A stretch of DNA of 64,000 nt, taken from Candidatus Bathyarchaeia archaeon. Lineage in GTDB: Archaea; Thermoproteota; Bathyarchaeia; 40CM-2-53-6. The translations under genes and the position numbers were made by a program. The notes under the pieces were generated by a model, which was given only the letters and a program-made list of their open reading frames with translations, was not told the origin of the DNA and ran no database searches. The DNA lies in NCBI GenBank assembly GCA_050012795.1, contig JBEKGM010000005.1:21574-85573 (forward strand), read 5' to 3'. Shown one piece after another: positions 1-9,389 of this stretch; within the stretch, counting starts at the first letter, position 1; every line of letters begins with the position of its first letter.

Positions 1-247
1 CTTCGAGCGGTTCGACGGTCCGAACGTCTATGAGGCCGTCAATGTTCTTCATCATTTGGTCGAATCGTTCGTATTCTGAGAACATGGTGAAGGTCATTCT
101 GGATAATCCGGGGGTTTCAGCTGGACCTACGGCGATGCTTTCGATGTTGAATGATTTTCTTCGAATCAAATTGGTGATCCGGTATAGGACACCAGGCTTG
201 TCTTCGACTAGGGCTGATATGATTCGAAGTTGTGCGTCCCTGTTCAA
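1..247 (-). CDS. ilvN: acetolactate synthase small (regulatory) subunit, N-terminal part; the gene runs off the window edge
   Basis: My translation of the minus strand from TTG at 247 gives LNRDAQLRIISALVEDKPGVLYRITNLIRRKSFNIESIAVGPAETPGLSRMTFTMFSEYERFDQMMKNIDGLIDVRTVEPLE, an ACT-domain pattern typical of IlvN/IlvH. The start overlaps the ilvB stop (TTGA). It is absent from the ORF track because no stop falls in the window. Confidence 0.8.
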   Translation of the reverse strand, partial: MNRDAQLRIISALVEDKPGVLYRITNLIRRKSFNIESIAVGPAETPGLSRMTFTMFSEYERFDQMMKNIDGLIDVRTVEPLE

Positions 248-1959
248 CCTACCATCATCTCCTTGATTCCTGCTCCTGGAGGCAGCATTGGGAGAACATT
301 CTCTTCGGGTGAAATTGGAATGTCAATTACCGTTGTCACTTCAGATTTGAGCGCCTTCTTGACTGCGTCCTGCAGGTCTGGGGCTGAGTCTACGCGAAGG
401 CCGGTTGCTCCGTATGCTTCAGCCAATTTGACGTAGTCGGGAACTCGGCCGAGATGAATTGACGAGTAACGGCCCTTGTAGAAGAACCGTTGCCATTGCG
501 CTACCATTCCAAGCACTCTATTGTTCAAGATGATCACTGTCACGGGGATATCTTCCTCTATGCTCGTCGCGAGAGAGTTCTCCGTCATCAGGAAGCTTCC
601 GTCTCCCGCGATGTCGATTACAGGTAGGTCTGGTCTTGCTACCTTGGCTCCGAGAGCGGCTGGGAAACCGAAACCCATCGTTCCGAGGCCGCCTGAGCTG
701 ATGAAAGTTCGCGGCTCGATCGCTTGGAAGTGTTGTTCACACCACATCTGATGCTGTCCCACTTCCGTGGTGACTATGGCTTTTGGTGGTATGAGCCGGC
801 GCAGCATCTTGATGGTTTCCACTCCGCTAAGGTGTGAGTTATCATTGAATTCAGCTGATGTGGCTGCGATTACTTCTTGAGCCTTCTTCGTCCAAGGTTC
901 TCTGTATCGTCCTAACATTCCTGCTTTTACTTCCCGTACTAGGAGTTCCAACGCTTTCTTTGCGTCGGCATTCAGCGAGATTACGGGCAGCTTGTAGTTC
1001 TTTCCGATCTCGGCCTTGTCTATGTCTATGTGTATGACTTTTGTATTCGGGCAGAATTTCTCGATCTTCCCGGTGGTTCTGTCACTGAACCTTGATCCTA
1101 CTACTAGGAGTACGTCGCATTCTGGAAGAAGCTTGTTTGTTCGTTCGGAGCCGTGCATGCCCATGCAGCCGAGTGATAATGGGTGATTCTCTGGGAAGAC
1201 GCCTTTTCCCATAAATGAGGTCACGACCGGGGCTACGAGTAGTTCCGCGAAGGCCTGCAGTTCCTGGTAGGCGTTCGCCATTTTAACTCCGCCCCCGGCA
1301 AGTATGATTGGACGTTCCGAGTTCAGTACGGTGCGAGCTATCGTCTTGACGATTGTTGGGTCTGGATCTGGCAATGGTTGGTATTTTGGAAAGTCTACGT
1401 GATCCGGGAATTCCAAGTCATCCTCGCCTTGTTGAACGTCTTTCGGCACATCCACTAGGACGGGCTGTGGTCGGCGAGTTGCGGCCAGATAGAAGGCTGC
1501 TTTCATCATGTGTGGTACATCCTTTACGCGGAGCGGTTGAAATGTGTACTTTGTGACGGAGGTTGCCATCCCTACAACGTCTGATTCCTGAAAACCGTCT
1601 GAGCCTATAACGTACGTTGGAACTTGGCCGGTGATTGCGACTATGGGTGAGGAGTCCATGTAAGCCGTAGCCAGACCGGTCATTAGGTTGGTTGCTCCAG
1701 GACCTGAAGTTGCGAGGCACACGCCTACCTTGCCGGATGCCCGCGCGTACCCGTCAGCCATGTGGGCGGCTGACTGCTCGTGGCGAGCGAGGACATGGCG
1801 GATTCCCTTGTACTCTCGAGACGAGAATTCCGCGTTCCGATAGTCAAGGAGAACGTCGTAGATCGGCATATTGGCTCCCCCAGGGTAACCGAATACGGCT
1901 TCTACTCCTTCTCTGTGCAAGGCTTCGACTACTGCTTGCGCGCCGGACATTTTTTTCAA
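244..1959 (-). CDS. ilvB: acetolactate synthase large subunit (ThDP-dependent)
   Basis: 571-aa ORF. N-terminus GAQAVVEALHREGVEAVFGYPGG, plus GDGSF and the ThDP-binding region. It is followed by ilvN. The start is TTG at 1959 or ATG at 1950. Confidence 0.95.
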   Translation of the reverse strand: MKKMSGAQAVVEALHREGVEAVFGYPGGANMPIYDVLLDYRNAEFSSREYKGIRHVLARHEQSAAHMADGYARASGKVGVCLATSGPGATNLMTGLATAYMDSSPIVAITGQVPTYVIGSDGFQESDVVGMATSVTKYTFQPLRVKDVPHMMKAAFYLAATRRPQPVLVDVPKDVQQGEDDLEFPDHVDFPKYQPLPDPDPTIVKTIARTVLNSERPIILAGGGVKMANAYQELQAFAELLVAPVVTSFMGKGVFPENHPLSLGCMGMHGSERTNKLLPECDVLLVVGSRFSDRTTGKIEKFCPNTKVIHIDIDKAEIGKNYKLPVISLNADAKKALELLVREVKAGMLGRYREPWTKKAQEVIAATSAEFNDNSHLSGVETIKMLRRLIPPKAIVTTEVGQHQMWCEQHFQAIEPRTFISSGGLGTMGFGFPAALGAKVARPDLPVIDIAGDGSFLMTENSLATSIEEDIPVTVIILNNRVLGMVAQWQRFFYKGRYSSIHLGRVPDYVKLAEAYGATGLRVDSAPDLQDAVKKALKSEVTTVIDIPISPEENVLPMLPPGAGIKEMMVG

Positions 1960-1988
1960 ATTTTCATTATACTCTCCTTAGAAGCATC

Positions 1989-2018
1989 AGCCCGTTTTCG
2001 AAGGTTCGAAAGCGGGCT
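1989..2018 (-). promoter_or_regulatory. near-perfect 13-14 bp hairpin between the cimA stop and the ilvB ribosome-binding region
   Basis: AGCCCGTTTTCGAAGGTTCGAAAGCGGGCT is self-complementary apart from one G-U pair. No oligo-T follows on the transcribed strand. Confidence 0.3.
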
Positions 2019-2138
2019 ACTGAAGAATAACGACGAGCGCGACGAGTACAGTAGACTGCAAGGATGCGGATCCCTGAAGTTTCGTCATCGCTCCGTAGAC
2101 CTTGAAATCCACCACGAACGGCCGTCGGCCTAATAAAT

Positions 2139-3746
2139 TTATTGTGAAACATCGTTGGGCCCTCCCCAATTTCGAGTTTCTTGGCGATTGCGCGAGTTAT
2201 TGGCGAGTTTTCTCAGTCCGTAGGAGTAGCCGTCTGCGAGCGCGTCGACGCTGGCTTGGATTATGTTAGTGGACGATGCGACCGTAGTCCACGTCTTATG
2301 TTTGTTACTGAAATCAATATACACTGCAACTCTCGCGGCGGTTGCAGCGTCGGAGTCAACCTCTCTGACTCGGTAGCCTGTGAGCTTTGCCGTGAACACG
2401 CTGGAGAATTGTTCGCTCAGGACCAGTCTCAAGGCCTGGTCGATCGCATTGACCGGCCCGTTGCCGTTCGCTTGCGTCTCCAGAAGTCTCCTATTAACCT
2501 CTACCTTCAGTCTGCATTGTGCAGATGCCATTGCCCCATCTTGGTGGGCAGTGACTCGCCAATCGACTATGTGGAACGGATCACGTTTTCTTCCAAGCGT
2601 TCTGAGTATAAGCAGGTCTAAGGTTGCTTCGGCGTTTTCGAGGTTGCATCCTAAACTTTCACAGCGTTTGACCGCTTTTAGAAGATTTGGCAGTCTCTTG
2701 TCGTCGCGTGAGAGTTTGAAGCCTACTCTCCGCGCCGCTAGGAGCAGGCTGGAACGTCCAGCTTGAGATGAGACGGTGATGAACCGGTGATTTCCAAATG
2801 CTGGCGGATCATAGAATTCGTAAGCTGCTTCAGCTTTTAGGACGGCGTCACCGTGCACCCCGCCCTTGTGAGCGAACGCGTATTTTCCTACGAAAGGTTT
2901 GAACTGGTCTTCACGGATGCCACTGATCTCACATATGAATCGGGAAAGAGTCGTTAGCTTAGTTGGATCTAGCTTAGTCTGAATTCCCATCAAATGCAGA
3001 TTAGCGATAACTTCGATTAAGTCTGCGTTGCCTACTCGTTCGCCCAGGCCGTTCATTGTTCCTTGCACGTGTGAGGCGCCAGCCGTTACAGCGAACAGCG
3101 TGTTGGCCGTCGCCATACCTCGGTCGTTGTGGCAATGTATTCCGATTGGTGTCCGAATGGTTTCGAAAACCTGTTTTGTGGCCTGATATACTTCGAGAGG
3201 AAGAGCCCCTCCTCGAGTATCGCATAGTACGACGGTTGAGGCTCCGGATTCTTGAGCCGCGTTCAAGACGGAAATCGCATAATCTGGATCGTTCTTGAAA
3301 CCGTCGAAGAAGTGTTCAGCGTCGAAGACAACTCTTCGTCCGTGCCTCAATAGGAAGCGGATTGAATCACGGATCATTTTCAGGTTCTCTTCGAGTGTGG
3401 TTCCTAGAACCTTCTCCACCTGAAATGACCAAGACTTGCCGAAGATCGTGACCGTCTTCGTTTCGGCTTTGAGGAGGTGCGCTAGGTTCGGATCATCCTC
3501 CGCATTCACGTTTGCTCTCCGTGTCATGCCGAAAGCGGTAATTTGCGTGAAAATTCCATTATCTAAGGACTTAGTGAGCTTGAAGAATTCCTGATCAGAG
3601 ACGTTAGTCTCATTCGGCCAACCCCCCTCCACATAATCAACGCCAGCCGTAATCAGGGCCTGTGCGACCCTTTGCTTCTGGGTTGATGTGAAATTGACGC
3701 CTACTGACTGGTTTCCGTCTCGGAGTGTTGTATCATAAACTTCAAC
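2139..3746 (-). CDS. cimA: (R)-citramalate synthase / 2-isopropylmalate synthase family (CimA-like long form); start codon unresolved
   Basis: The track ORF (2139-3632) begins at EGGWPNETN. My translation upstream in the same frame gives VEVYDTTLRDGNQSVGVNFTSTQKQRVAQALITAGVDYVEGGWP, the catalytic HMGL-like N-terminus. A C-terminal LeuA-dimer-like region is present. The frame is open up to the stop at 3789-3791. Confidence 0.85.
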   Translation of the reverse strand, partial: VEVYDTTLRDGNQSVGVNFTSTQKQRVAQALITAGVDYVEGGWPNETNVSDQEFFKLTKSLDNGIFTQITAFGMTRRANVNAEDDPNLAHLLKAETKTVTIFGKSWSFQVEKVLGTTLEENLKMIRDSIRFLLRHGRRVVFDAEHFFDGFKNDPDYAISVLNAAQESGASTVVLCDTRGGALPLEVYQATKQVFETIRTPIGIHCHNDRGMATANTLFAVTAGASHVQGTMNGLGERVGNADLIEVIANLHLMGIQTKLDPTKLTTLSRFICEISGIREDQFKPFVGKYAFAHKGGVHGDAVLKAEAAYEFYDPPAFGNHRFITVSSQAGRSSLLLAARRVGFKLSRDDKRLPNLLKAVKRCESLGCNLENAEATLDLLILRTLGRKRDPFHIVDWRVTAHQDGAMASAQCRLKVEVNRRLLETQANGNGPVNAIDQALRLVLSEQFSSVFTAKLTGYRVREVDSDAATAARVAVYIDFSNKHKTWTTVASSTNIIQASVDALADGYSYGLRKLANNSRNRQETRNWGGPNDVSQ

Positions 3747-3962
3747 GGACGCAGGAAGACCCGTGAAGCTGAATTTGGTAACCGCCTTTCAAAGTCGAAA
3801 TTGCCCTCGTTAAAACCGAATTTTAGAGACGGCTAAGATAAAAAGGTTCTGAAGATTGGCCTAGTCTCAGTTGACGCAGAAGTCAGTGTTTTGAATCATT
3901 TCCCTCGCAGTTCACCATTAGACTATTATTTTGTCTCAGCCGCTTTACATCAAGTGGATTCA

Positions 3963-5399
3963 ATGTCGCGATCATCAGACGTCCATCATTCGATAGGGAA
4001 TGAGTATCGCATTGAGACGGATAGTTTGGGCGAGGTCAGGGTTCCAGTCGATAAGCTGTGGGGAGCCCAGACGCAACGTTCCCTTGAGTACTTCAGCATT
4101 GGAGAGGATTTGATTCCGCGCGAGATGATTCCGGCTTATGCTATTTTGAAGATAGCCGCGGCTAATGTCAATTCCAAAATGGGATACCTCAAACAGGAAC
4201 AACGAGATCTCATAGTTCGCGCTTGCGACGAGATTTTGGAAGGAAAGCATCAAGATCAATTTCCCTTACACGTTTGGATGACGGGGAGCGGCACTCAGTT
4301 CAACATGAACGTGAACGAAGTGATTTCGAACCGCTGCTGCCAATTAGCTGGAAGTCCACTTGGGAGTAAGACCCCCGTGCACCCTAATGATCACGTGAAC
4401 ATGTCGCAGTCATCAAACGACACATTTCCATCCGCGATGTACGTCGCAGCAGCTAAAGGCGTAAGAGAACAGCTAATGCCCGCGGTGAAACAGCTGCGCG
4501 ATTCTCTGAACGCGAAATCAACCGAATGGAACGGGATTATCAAGATCGGACGCACTCACATGCAGGACGCTACCCCCATTACACTAGGACAGGAATTTTC
4601 CGGCTACGTCGGAATGTTAGATGATAACTTGAATCGCTTAGATGATAGCTTGAAGCATGTTTACCGATTATCGCTGGGTGGAACCGCAGTTGGAACCGGA
4701 ATTAACGCGCCTCCGGGATTTGACGTGGAGGTCGCGGCTGAAATCGCGAAGTTGACCGGGTTACCTTTCGTCACGGCTCCGAACAAGTTCACCGTACAAG
4801 GAGCACATGACGCGCTCGTTATGCTCAGTGGCACGTTGAAGACGCTGGCTACATCCCTGTACAAGATCGCAGACGATATTCGCATACTGAGTTGTGGACC
4901 ACGCTGCGGTTTTCATGAACTCGATATTCCAACCAACGAACCTGGTTCATCCATCATGCCGGGAAAGGTCAACCCCACGCAGTGTGAAGCATTGACGATG
5001 ATTGCAGTGCAGGTTATCGGTAACGATGTTGCAGTAACCTTGGGTGGAGGGGGCGGCCACTTGGAAATGAACGTTTACAAACCGCTCATAATTCTGAACA
5101 TAATGCAATCGATTCGAATCATGACTGATGGCTGCAACAACTTTCGGTTGTTTTTGGTGGAAGGTATGCAACCTAACAGAAAACAGATCGCTAACTTCCT
5201 CGAGCGCTCCCTTATGCTCGTGACTGCTCTTAGCCCGATAATTGGTTATGATAAGGCATCAAAGGTGGCTCAGTACGCCCTTGAGAACGATTTGACCCTC
5301 AAGCAAGCCGCGGTAAGACTAGGTCACATTTCAGAAGCAGAATTCGACCGGGTTGTTGATCCGGCGAAGATGGTCCACCCATATGTCGCTAAGGACTGA
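3963..5399 (+). CDS. fumC: fumarate hydratase class II
   Basis: [19 protein letters not shown] signature, with length and overall pattern of the class II fumarase/aspartase family. ATG at 3963 (MSRSSDV...) fits better than TTG at 3891. Confidence 0.93.
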   Translation: MSRSSDVHHSIGNEYRIETDSLGEVRVPVDKLWGAQTQRSLEYFSIGEDLIPREMIPAYAILKIAAANVNSKMGYLKQEQRDLIVRACDEILEGKHQDQFPLHVWMTGSGTQFNMNVNEVISNRCCQLAGSPLGSKTPVHPNDHVNMSQSSNDTFPSAMYVAAAKGVREQLMPAVKQLRDSLNAKSTEWNGIIKIGRTHMQDATPITLGQEFSGYVGMLDDNLNRLDDSLKHVYRLSLGGTAVGTGINAPPGFDVEVAAEIAKLTGLPFVTAPNKFTVQGAHDALVMLSGTLKTLATSLYKIADDIRILSCGPRCGFHELDIPTNEPGSSIMPGKVNPTQCEALTMIAVQVIGNDVAVTLGGGGGHLEMNVYKPLIILNIMQSIRIMTDGCNNFRLFLVEGMQPNRKQIANFLERSLMLVTALSPIIGYDKASKVAQYALENDLTLKQAAVRLGHISEAEFDRVVDPAKMVHPYVAKD

Positions 5400-5430
5400 T
5401 CCGCTTCGCACTTCAGGTTTGAATGATAGT

Positions 5431-5763
5431 CTAGGGTGAAGTTAGGATCCGGTTGATTGCGCGTCGGCACGCTTTGATCTTTCGTAGCCCAAGAAACTTC
5501 TTAACAACTTGACCCTTCGAGAAGATTAGAAGCGCTGGGATACTCATGAGGTCATAGCGGTCAGTGATTTCGCGGTTCGCGTCAACGTTGAGTCTGGCGA
5601 AACTCATTCTTCCCTTATACTCTTCAGCCATCTTCTCAATTAATGAGTCTGCAGTTTTGCAGGGAACGCACCAGTCAGCGTAAAAATCCACGGCTAGCGG
5701 CAATTTGGCTCTAAGCGCTTGTTCGAAAGTTTCTGATGTTAGTTCATTGAGTTGCACGCTCAT
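5431..5763 (-). CDS. trxA: thioredoxin
   Basis: 110 aa with a WCVPCK active site in a thioredoxin-fold context. Confidence 0.9.
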   Translation of the reverse strand: MSVQLNELTSETFEQALRAKLPLAVDFYADWCVPCKTADSLIEKMAEEYKGRMSFARLNVDANREITDRYDLMSIPALLIFSKGQVVKKFLGLRKIKACRRAINRILTSP

Positions 5764-5860
5764 CTCTCCAAGTCGCTGACATCCGCATCTTAATTGACGA
5801 TGTTCTCTGGCCTATAATTGTGCGCATTCCGATAACAACCTGTGGACACGGAACGCATGA

Positions 5861-6349
5861 GTGAATCAACTTGCATGGCAGCAGGCAGTCAGAAGAGCTT
5901 ATGGGCGGCACTCCGTTCTGGTTGCAAGATTAGAATGCGCATTCGCGAGTTCCAGCTCGGTGACTAAGAAGGTTGTGGAACTTTGGAGAGAGGCAGGCAT
6001 CGTACTGAGGCCGGGTGATGAACGTGAGGGAATTAAGTTGAAAATCCAACGGGACCCGGACCTGTTTCTAGTGGCTGAAGATGATCAGCAGATTCTAGGG
6101 GTAGTGCTCGGAGCATGGGATGGCCGACGAGGATTGATCAATCATCTGGCTGTGAGAGAAGGCTACAAGAGATCTAGAATGGGTAGGTCACTGGTCAGGG
6201 AGCTTGAGAGACGCCTGATCGGAAAGGGGGCGTTGAAGGTGAACGCGCAGATCTACAAGTCGAATGGAGTCTCTTTAGAGTTCTTCAAGTCGTTGAATTA
6301 TGAAGTGCAGTCTGACCTAATCATGGTCGGAAGAAATCTGAAGCATTAG
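5861..6349 (+). CDS. GNAT family N-acetyltransferase
   Basis: Acetyl-CoA binding region ...INHLAVREGYKRSRMGRSLVRELERRL..GA.. typical of GNAT motif A. The exact start is uncertain. Confidence 0.8.
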   Translation: MNQLAWQQAVRRAYGRHSVLVARLECAFASSSSVTKKVVELWREAGIVLRPGDEREGIKLKIQRDPDLFLVAEDDQQILGVVLGAWDGRRGLINHLAVREGYKRSRMGRSLVRELERRLIGKGALKVNAQIYKSNGVSLEFFKSLNYEVQSDLIMVGRNLKH

Positions 6350-6350
6350 C

Positions 6351-7415
6351 TTAACTAGCTTTCACTTCAGCCAGGGGTACATAATCGCAGATTGCACTAG
6401 GCTTCTCAAGAATACGGTTGATTGTTATTTCTCCAATAATCCTGCAGTACTTGTTTATTTGGCCCAGGTTCAAGACTATGCTTCTGAGGCTGACGGCAGT
6501 GTTCACGTCCTTAACGTACATTAACACTTTCTGGGTGAGGCGCCTCTCTTCACTTTCTGAAGTCTCCACCCTCTCGACCGAATCGTTAGAGATCTGAATG
6601 TCTGAAGCCAGAAGCGCCTTCATGCTGAGTTCTGAAGTCTTCATAACTTCGTTGGCGTACTTGCCCACCTCATTAAGGATTGAATCACTTACAGCTTCCT
6701 CGTCCTTCAACGCGATGACTTCGTTCGCAATATTCTCCGCTGAATCCGCCATCTCCTCAAGCGTCTTCGCTACAACCCTGTTCCCCGGAATATGGAGTGG
6801 TGATTCAATACCAATCCTCGTGCCAACACTCCTGTCCCTGATTGCGAGTAGCAGCTGGCGAACAATTAGCCAATAAATCCTATCCGACTCCTCCTCCATG
6901 TGGCCAACTTCCACCGCTAGGTCGGGTCTCCGCTCCACTAAGGCCTTGATAGAGACGTCTAGCATTGAGGAGAGTATGATGTGCAGCCGGCGCATCAGTC
7001 CATATATTGGAAATCGAGTTGGGTCAACGAAACTCTGCAGCGTGACTTGGCGGAGCGTCTGCTCCACGATGCTCAATCCGGTTAACCGCTGCGTCGTGGC
7101 TCGAATCTCATCGAGGTGAACTTTCTTCAATTCGTCTTTGGCAGCGATCTGGATGGTGTCATGGCCAAGAATGTAATTTGCCGTAATTACTCGGGTTAGG
7201 AGGTTGGTTGAGTTGCAGAGGTCAGCGTTTACGACGCAGTTCTTTACCTCTTCGCTCTTATGCTCCGTGCCAGGGATAAGTTTGAGGGAGCCATCATCTT
7301 CACGTTTTATGGAAACAATGTCTCCTGCTTTGAGCTTAACATCCTCGACCCATTCTCGTGGCAGTGATACTGTAAGGGTGGAATATCCGACTCTCTGGAC
7401 TTTCCTAGCTTCCAA
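6351..7415 (-). CDS. AbrB/SpoVT-domain plus PhoU-like-domain regulator (archaeal PhoU-type), paralog 1
   Basis: N-terminus LEARKVQRVGYSTLTVSLPREWV (AbrB-like swapped hairpin), followed by helical PhoU-like repeats. It aligns along its whole length with the ORF at 14954-16048. The TTG at 7415 matches the paralog's N-terminus; the track start is 7445. Confidence 0.8.
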   Translation of the reverse strand: MEARKVQRVGYSTLTVSLPREWVEDVKLKAGDIVSIKREDDGSLKLIPGTEHKSEEVKNCVVNADLCNSTNLLTRVITANYILGHDTIQIAAKDELKKVHLDEIRATTQRLTGLSIVEQTLRQVTLQSFVDPTRFPIYGLMRRLHIILSSMLDVSIKALVERRPDLAVEVGHMEEESDRIYWLIVRQLLLAIRDRSVGTRIGIESPLHIPGNRVVAKTLEEMADSAENIANEVIALKDEEAVSDSILNEVGKYANEVMKTSELSMKALLASDIQISNDSVERVETSESEERRLTQKVLMYVKDVNTAVSLRSIVLNLGQINKYCRIIGEITINRILEKPSAICDYVPLAEVKAS

Positions 7416-7526
7416 GCTAAGCACGAAGGAATATAGTTTAAGCACTAGAATATAGCTTTCAGTACTTGGTCCCGGAATTCAAACTAGAAGCCTTCGAGCA
7501 TAGAGAATGCGTGCCGATTCTTCACT

Positions 7527-8741
7527 TCACGTAGAGAACGCGTAAGAGAATACGTACTCGCCGATGCGTTGTACGCCAACTTTGATTCGGTCTTCGGGTT
7601 CACTCACGAACGTAAACCTGACGTGGCCCACTCCTTTGGATCCAAAGTATGACCCGGGAATAACGATGACTCCTTTTCGAGTAAGTAGCCGGTTGCAGAA
7701 GTCCTGCTCGTCCCTATCCATGAGCTCTAGGTAATGGCGCATGTCAACGAAGAAGTAGAAAGCACCGTCGGGCCTGACGAGACCTGCTTCAGGTAGGTAC
7801 TGCTTTATCGCCTCTTCCATGATGTCGCGTCTCTTCTTGTAAATTGGTAGAACGTAATCATGGAGGTATCGTTCCTTCACGTTATTCTTCAGGAAGGGTA
7901 GTACAGCGTATTGACTCAGGATGTTTGGCGCAAGCGTCGAGTACTGTTTGATCTTCTCGATGCCATCTATGAGTTCTGATGGGCCTATTGCGTAGCCCAG
8001 TCTCAATCCGGGTACGGATGCTTCTTTCGAGAAGCTTCCAACTGAGAGGACACGCTCATGCGCGCCAGGTAATGAACTGATTTTGGGCTGCTGCTTATCG
8101 TAGACGATGTCACGATACGTTGAATCGTTGACCAGCCAGAAATCATAGTCGATGGCTAGGTCGAGTAGTCCTTTGATGAAGTCTTGGTTGACGATTCTCC
8201 CGGTGGGGTTATCAGGGCTAAGGAGAACCACGGCCTTGGTTCTTTTCGTAACCACTTGTTTTAGTACCTCCAGACTCGGCTGGTAGCCCTCCTCCACATT
8301 GACTGGAAGCCATGTCGCGCGAGCTCCCGCCAGTTGGAAGGCTTCCAAGTAGCCGAGATAGGTTGGGTTGGTGAGAACCACCTCATCGTTCTTGTTGAAT
8401 AAAGATAGAAACGCGCAGAAGATGGCTTCCGTAGCGCCATCTGTCAGAATTAACTCCTTTTCAGGGTTGTACACTTCGCCATCGTGCTTCACCCAATCAT
8501 CTGCGATTAGCCTTCTCAACTCCAGAAAGCCACGTGTCCCACAGTACGCCGTGCTCCCCTGAGGATCCTCCCTCACTCTTCGAATAATCTCCTCGGAGAC
8601 TTCAGGGGGCGGTGGAAGGCTGGGTCCACCTCCACCGAATGAGATTAACTCTTTTCGTTCGGTTGCTTCAGCGAACAGGGCCGTTACGCGGCGGATGGGA
8701 GAGACATGTAAACTCGCGATTCTGTCGGAGAGCGTCACCAT
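7527..8741 (-). CDS. class I/II pyridoxal-phosphate aminotransferase (aspartate aminotransferase-like)
   Basis: SFSKEASVPGLRLGY (PLP-lysine motif), N-terminal SPIRRV and the NPTG motif. ATG at 8741 (MVTLSDRIA) is the probable start. Confidence 0.85.
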   Translation of the reverse strand: MVTLSDRIASLHVSPIRRVTALFAEATERKELISFGGGGPSLPPPPEVSEEIIRRVREDPQGSTAYCGTRGFLELRRLIADDWVKHDGEVYNPEKELILTDGATEAIFCAFLSLFNKNDEVVLTNPTYLGYLEAFQLAGARATWLPVNVEEGYQPSLEVLKQVVTKRTKAVVLLSPDNPTGRIVNQDFIKGLLDLAIDYDFWLVNDSTYRDIVYDKQQPKISSLPGAHERVLSVGSFSKEASVPGLRLGYAIGPSELIDGIEKIKQYSTLAPNILSQYAVLPFLKNNVKERYLHDYVLPIYKKRRDIMEEAIKQYLPEAGLVRPDGAFYFFVDMRHYLELMDRDEQDFCNRLLTRKGVIVIPGSYFGSKGVGHVRFTFVSEPEDRIKVGVQRIGEYVFSYAFST

Positions 8742-8940
8742 TAATGTGAGCCTGCATTGCCGCCTTTCATTAACGAGGGCTTGAATCATTCTAATTTAGT
8801 ATAAATACTATCCGTAGCGTAGTACTAGTTGATGATAGGGGTGCAGCGACGTAATACTGGAGTTTCGGGACGTCGTAAATACATTAAATGCGAAAGGGAA
8901 TTGCACCTTGCAGCTGTTATAGAATCACGAGGTTCCGCTA

Positions 8941-9363
8941 TTGTGCATGAATTACGTTGAGGGGGGTACGTGTCACGTGACAGGCCGGCAATGCCTGCTC
9001 GGAACCTCCTATGAGGTTAATCGTGAATGTGCTATTCGAGGCAATTTTGATGTGTGGATCACTTGCGACGATAGGGTGTTGATTAGTGATATTGGTCCGC
9101 CTTCTCCTGAACCGAAACGTTCTGTGGCATTGGGCGTTGGTAAGAGAGTGGCAGATGAGATAGCAGTACTTACGGCTCGAAACTCTGGGGAAATCATCAC
9201 TACGCAACAGAGATGTCGCCATTGTGCTGGAACATACTGGATCACTGATCACGAGTCTTCGGTCGCTAGACTGGGGCGACGGCACTTCTGTCCGAAGTGT
9301 ATAGAGAAGTTTGACAAGTGCAGCGTTGGAGAGTTTGACGTTCCGGATTACTGGTGCGGCTGA
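8941..9363 (+). CDS. hypothetical Cys-rich protein with C-terminal zinc-ribbon (CRHC...CPKC)
   Basis: 140-aa ORF in an otherwise empty gap. Its composition is more protein-like than the overlapping 204-aa minus-strand ORF. I recognise no family. Confidence 0.4.
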   Translation: MCMNYVEGGTCHVTGRQCLLGTSYEVNRECAIRGNFDVWITCDDRVLISDIGPPSPEPKRSVALGVGKRVADEIAVLTARNSGEIITTQQRCRHCAGTYWITDHESSVARLGRRHFCPKCIEKFDKCSVGEFDVPDYWCG

Positions 9364-9389
9364 GTTACTGCGTGGCCCAACTTGGTATG

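Noticed and set aside
30-266. 78-aa plus-strand ORF at the left edge
   Set aside because: The opposite strand encodes a clear ACT-domain IlvN N-terminus coupled to ilvB, so this ORF is an antisense shadow.
1418-3298. Several 74-146-aa ORFs in other frames or antisense inside ilvB and cimA (for example 1418-1720, 1692-2030, 2181-2621, 2380-2766, 3056-3298)
   Set aside because: They lie entirely within strongly supported conserved genes, and their compositions (R/S/C-rich) are typical of shadow ORFs.
8790-8940. Possible C/D-box sRNA or tRNA in the gap upstream of the aminotransferase (contains TTGATGA and a CGACGT...ACGTCG stem)
   Set aside because: I found no matching D box (CTGA) at the right spacing and no cloverleaf or T-loop consensus. 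The evidence is insufficient.
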